Source: Verrucomicrobiota bacterium (GTDB taxonomy: Bacteria; Verrucomicrobiota; Verrucomicrobiia; Verrucomicrobiales; DEV007). From it: 25,477 bases of DNA. How positions within the stretch are numbered: the stretch's first letter is position 1; each line of letters opens with the position of its first letter. The stretch is taken from the NCBI GenBank assembly GCA_045046875.1, contig JASFYY010000026.1, positions 1-25,477 on the forward strand, given 5' to 3'. The notes under the pieces were generated by a model that was given only the letters and a program-made list of their open reading frames with translations, made no database searches and had not been told where the DNA came from. Made by a program: the position numbers and the translations under genes. Shown piece after piece: positions 25,277 through 25,477 of the stretch.

Positions 25277-25364
25277 TTTCTTGGTAACGTTTCGAGTGAG
25301 CAAGTCACCTACTGGCAGCGCGCATTCGTGTGCAAGTTGAGGGTTAAAAGTTTCATTTAGGTTT

Positions 25365-25477
25365 GTAGAGTAGGGACTGCTCCGACTTGGAGCCATCCCC
25401 CTCATCAAACCGGACGTGCGGTTCTCCCGCATCCGGCTTTCCGAAGTGATTCACCAATTCGCTATCGATTTCTCCAA
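25365..25477 (-). mobile_element. Group II intron, 3' end (domains V and VI), truncated by the window edge
   Basis: Minus strand reads GGAAAGCCGGATGCGGGAGAACCGCACGTCCGGTTTGATGAGGGGGATGGCTCCAAGTCGGAGCAGTCCCTACTCTAC. This gives an AGC triad, a domain V hairpin with AC bulge, a domain VI stem with bulged branch A, and an AC (AY) terminus at 25365. Confidence 0.93.

Noticed and set aside
25277..25432. 52-aa N-terminal extension (MRENRTSGLMRG...) of the LepB-like ORF
   Set aside because: It is the translation of intron domains V-VI plus spacer; the signal peptide starts at Met53.
1..25477. CRISPR array, tRNA/rRNA, transposase, integrase or anti-phage defence operon (including the SNF2 ATPase and the PLD protein as defence components)
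   Set aside because: No spaced direct repeats or RNA-gene signatures seen by eye. The SNF2 protein has RapA-specific motifs and the PLD protein has ClsA architecture, so both look like housekeeping genes.

Overview
Mostly ordinary chromosomal DNA, probably from a member of the Verrucomicrobiota (inferred from the HU/IHF type, the protein families present and the mostly Shine-Dalgarno-less starts). Left to right: a palindromic REP-like composite element; cardiolipin synthase and an alpha/beta-hydrolase lipoprotein; mutY; an HU/IHF protein; and a long minus-strand run. In transcription order that run is rapA, a group II PLP decarboxylase, an exported protein, acylphosphatase, ABC ATPase, ABC permease, TPR-like protein, metallophosphoesterase and a GT9 heptosyltransferase. 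Next come an OsmC-family gene, a hypothetical gene, a membrane-anchored kinase-like TPR protein, a small conserved hypothetical, and a plus-strand run (RlmD-family methyltransferase, Tat-exported Asp-box propeller, SDR, family I CoA-transferase). The right end is more AT-rich and looks accessory: a GTAG-type REP hairpin, a signal peptidase I-like lipoprotein, and the 3' end (domains V-VI) of a group II intron cut by the window edge. The most notable observations are: the LepB homologue lacks both the catalytic Lys and its partner Ser and sits directly downstream of the intron; the kinase lacks its catalytic Asp; and the ABC/TPR trio resembles PilGHI/Xap but has no pilin in view. I found no tRNA, rRNA or CRISPR array, and I cannot demonstrate a complete new system from this window alone.
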